Source: Vicinamibacterales bacterium (GTDB taxonomy: Bacteria > Acidobacteriota > Vicinamibacteria > Vicinamibacterales > UBA2999). From it: a DNA stretch of 64,000 bases. Positions 62,336 through 64,000 of the stretch are shown piece by piece. Under the pieces are notes generated by a model. It saw only the letters and a program-made list of their open reading frames with translations, did not search any database and was not told the origin of the DNA. Location of the stretch: the NCBI GenBank assembly GCA_035537775.1, contig DATLLQ010000053.1, forward strand, positions 19,521 through 83,520, given 5' to 3'. A program made the translations under genes and the position numbers. Each line of letters starts with the position of its first letter. Positions within the stretch are counted from its first letter, which is position 1.

Positions 62336-62893
62336 TCAGGCAGCCGAATCAAGAATGAGACGCACGTCGACCTCCCGCTCCACGTACTTCCACTCCTCGG
62401 TCGCACGTAAACGCGCCACCAGGTCCTCGAACTCTTCCGAGTGCTCCGGCGCGTACTCAAACCAGGTGATGAAGTCGAACGGTTCGCCGAGATCCCGGCT
62501 GTGGTGCAGGCGGCGCGCAACTGCGGGAAGGTATCGCATTCCCGTGCTGATGTGTTCGGAGCGAGCTTCAATGATCTCCCGCCGCTCGTCCTGCGAGAGC
62601 TGCCACCACGACGCTGACTTCCGGATGGGGATAAGTGCAGCGCGCGACGCCTGCGGGCGGCCAAGCCCTGGCTGTATCGCGATGAGCCGCTCGCGCTCCG
62701 CGCGGGTCACGTAGCGTTCGTTGCTCGTGACGCCCCGAAGCAGCCAGTTGGCGCCTGGCGGAGGCACGGCGATGAGTGCGTTCACGACGTCGACGCGGGC
62801 CGCCCGGGGCAACGGCTCACCGCCTATCCCCTCCACGCGCAGGACCCGCCATGGTCCGTCAGCTCCTCCAAGAAACGTGTACGCCCGCTCCAT
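62336..62893 (-). CDS. Short (lineage II type) chlorite dismutase family protein
   Basis: These are the last 185 codons of ORF 62336..63937, with the start at MERAYTFLGG (ATG 62891-62893) after GGGAG. The motifs ALIPIRKSASWW, RSEHIS, RRLHHSRDLGEPFDFITWFEYAPEH and TEEWKYVEREVDVRL are present. Confidence 0.8.
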   Translation of the reverse strand: MERAYTFLGGADGPWRVLRVEGIGGEPLPRAARVDVVNALIAVPPPGANWLLRGVTSNERYVTRAERERLIAIQPGLGRPQASRAALIPIRKSASWWQLSQDERREIIEARSEHISTGMRYLPAVARRLHHSRDLGEPFDFITWFEYAPEHSEEFEDLVARLRATEEWKYVEREVDVRLILDSAA

Positions 62894-62928
62894 CGACCGC
62901 CCACTCCCGCGACTATTATCGGGCCCCT

Positions 62929-63765
62929 TCAGGCGAGAAACACGTCCGAGCCGGTAGCCGGAATGATCCCGCTCTTGCAAGCGCGCTCGAACAGAATTTC
63001 CACGGCGCGGCGCCCTTGCGCACCCAGATCGACCGAGTAGTCGTTCACGTAGAGGTCGATGTGCTGATACATCACCTCTTCGCTCATCTCCTGCGCATGC
63101 GCCCGGACATACGGCAGGCTCACCTCGCGATGGGCGAACGCGTACTCGACGCTTCGCCGCATCACGCGGTTCACCGCCTGCTTCACGTCGTCTGGCAGCG
63201 AGCGCTTGATCACGATGCCGCCCAGCGGAATGGGGGCGAGTGTTTCCGTTTCCCAGAATTCGCCGAGGTCCACGATCTTGCGGAGGCCTTTCGCCTGATA
63301 CGTGAACCGGTTCTCGTGGATGATGACCCCGGCGTCGAAGCGGCCATCGAGAAGCGCCGGCTCGATATCGGAGAAGAGAACCTCGGTCTTGTTCCGAGCG
63401 GCTGGAAAGGCCAGGCCGCAGAGAAAGTTGGCGGTCGTGTACTTTCCGGGAATCGCAATCGACAGGCCGCCACGCGCGACCTCGCCGCGATCGATCGGCC
63501 GCTTCGAGATCAGCAGCGGCCCGCAGTTTCGTCCGAGCGCGCTGCCGGCATCCAGCAACACATATCGATCCGCGCAATAGGCGTAGGCGTGGAAACTCAG
63601 CTTCGAAACATCCGGTTCGTCGGCGAACGCCGCATGATTCAGTGCCTCGATGTCGGCGAGCGTCACCTGGAACTCGAGCCCTTCGAGGTCGATGCGCTGG
63701 TGGACGATCGCATCGAACATGAAGCAGTCGTTCGGGCACGGTGAGAACGCGAGCGACAGCCTCAT
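62929..63765 (-). CDS. mqnD: 1,4-dihydroxy-6-naphthoate synthase MqnD
   Basis: From ORF 62929..63903, with the start moved to MRLSLAFSPCPNDCFMFDAIVH (ATG 63763-65, ATGA overlap with mqnB). The motifs AIPGKYTTANFL and IIHENRFTY are present. Confidence 0.9.
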   Translation of the reverse strand: MRLSLAFSPCPNDCFMFDAIVHQRIDLEGLEFQVTLADIEALNHAAFADEPDVSKLSFHAYAYCADRYVLLDAGSALGRNCGPLLISKRPIDRGEVARGGLSIAIPGKYTTANFLCGLAFPAARNKTEVLFSDIEPALLDGRFDAGVIIHENRFTYQAKGLRKIVDLGEFWETETLAPIPLGGIVIKRSLPDDVKQAVNRVMRRSVEYAFAHREVSLPYVRAHAQEMSEEVMYQHIDLYVNDYSVDLGAQGRRAVEILFERACKSGIIPATGSDVFLA

Positions 63766-64000
63766 GCGGATTCGAGCAGCTGCACGGCCGCCGCGCCAAG
63801 CGCGTTGATCGCCTCGTCCAGCTTCCAGGCGGCGCGATTCCGCCGCTCCACGACATTGGAGACTGCGCGTACCTGCGCGAACGGCACGCCCGCCACCAGA
63901 CATGAGTACATGAATGCCGCGCCTTCCATCGATTCAATGTCAGGCTGATAGCGTGCTCGCACCTCGCCGATCGTGCGCTCGTTGCCGTGCACGGTGTTGA
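63762..64000 (-). CDS. mqnB: Futalosine hydrolase MqnB (nucleosidase family); 5' end lies outside the window
   Basis: The C-terminal region is ...ESMEGAAFMYSCLVAGVPFAQVRAVSNVVERRNRAAW. The frame is open to the window edge. Confidence 0.75.
   Translation of the reverse strand, partial: NTVHGNERTIGEVRARYQPDIESMEGAAFMYSCLVAGVPFAQVRAVSNVVERRNRAAWKLDEAINALGAAAVQLLESA

Noticed and set aside
62894-63937. The 5' two-thirds of the 533-aa ORF 62336..63937
   Set aside because: Only the last 185 codons (the Cld-like protein) look real. The upstream part overlaps mqnD in another frame and is Arg-rich.
1-64000. CRISPR arrays, transposases, integrases, restriction-modification systems and known phage-defence genes
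   Set aside because: No spaced identical repeats of CRISPR type were seen. No ORF has recognisable DDE, tyrosine- or serine-recombinase, methyltransferase or nuclease motifs. This judgement was made by eye only.

Overview
This is a high-GC bacterial chromosome segment: about 65% GC in a hand-counted sample line, against 48-55% in one internal island. By inference it comes from Acidobacteriota, because it carries two proteins with the VWFA-related acidobacterial N-terminal architecture and a structured nadA leader.

Gene content in order:
1. 1-15.2 kb, minus strand: a tightly packed cell-surface glycan locus. It holds a Wzy-like polymerase, two GT4, one GT2, a DUF2334-like deacetylase, a CapD/PglF-type dehydratase, Wza-like and Wzc-like export proteins, a small phosphoglycosyl transferase, a DegT aminotransferase and a small zinc-ribbon ORF. 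A separately promoted Wzm/Wzt ABC exporter sits upstream.
2. 15.3-19.2 kb: a PQQ-dependent dehydrogenase with two secreted partners of unknown function.
3. 19.2-25.4 kb: two VWA proteins flanking two polytopic membrane proteins (a possible GT-C and a YfhO-like protein).
4. 27.2-40.4 kb: a metal (probably copper) resistance block. It contains a CusS/CusR-like two-component system, an ArnT-like GT-C gene, a CusCBA-type RND pump, a low-GC insert of small ORFs and a multicopper oxidase, and it ends next to tRNA-Arg(ACG).
5. 42.6-54.8 kb: moaB-moeA, an XRE regulator, an amidohydrolase, korAB plus a GltD-like/ferredoxin gene, sodA, a GNAT and nadA.
6. 55.7-64 kb: futalosine-pathway genes (mqnE/C, mqnD, mqnB). 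They are interrupted by a cobalamin-riboswitch-controlled btuDCF-type operon that carries two extra genes.

No CRISPR array, transposase, integrase or recognisable phage-defence gene was seen.

The most unusual signal is a family of REP-type elements (GTAG tetranucleotide plus a GC-rich hairpin). Copies sit in intergenic spacers, inside the variable stem of the B12 riboswitch, and in frame inside btuD and btuF. Another copy overlaps the nadA stop codon.

All calls come from reading the ORF translations and the DNA by eye. No database search was run.
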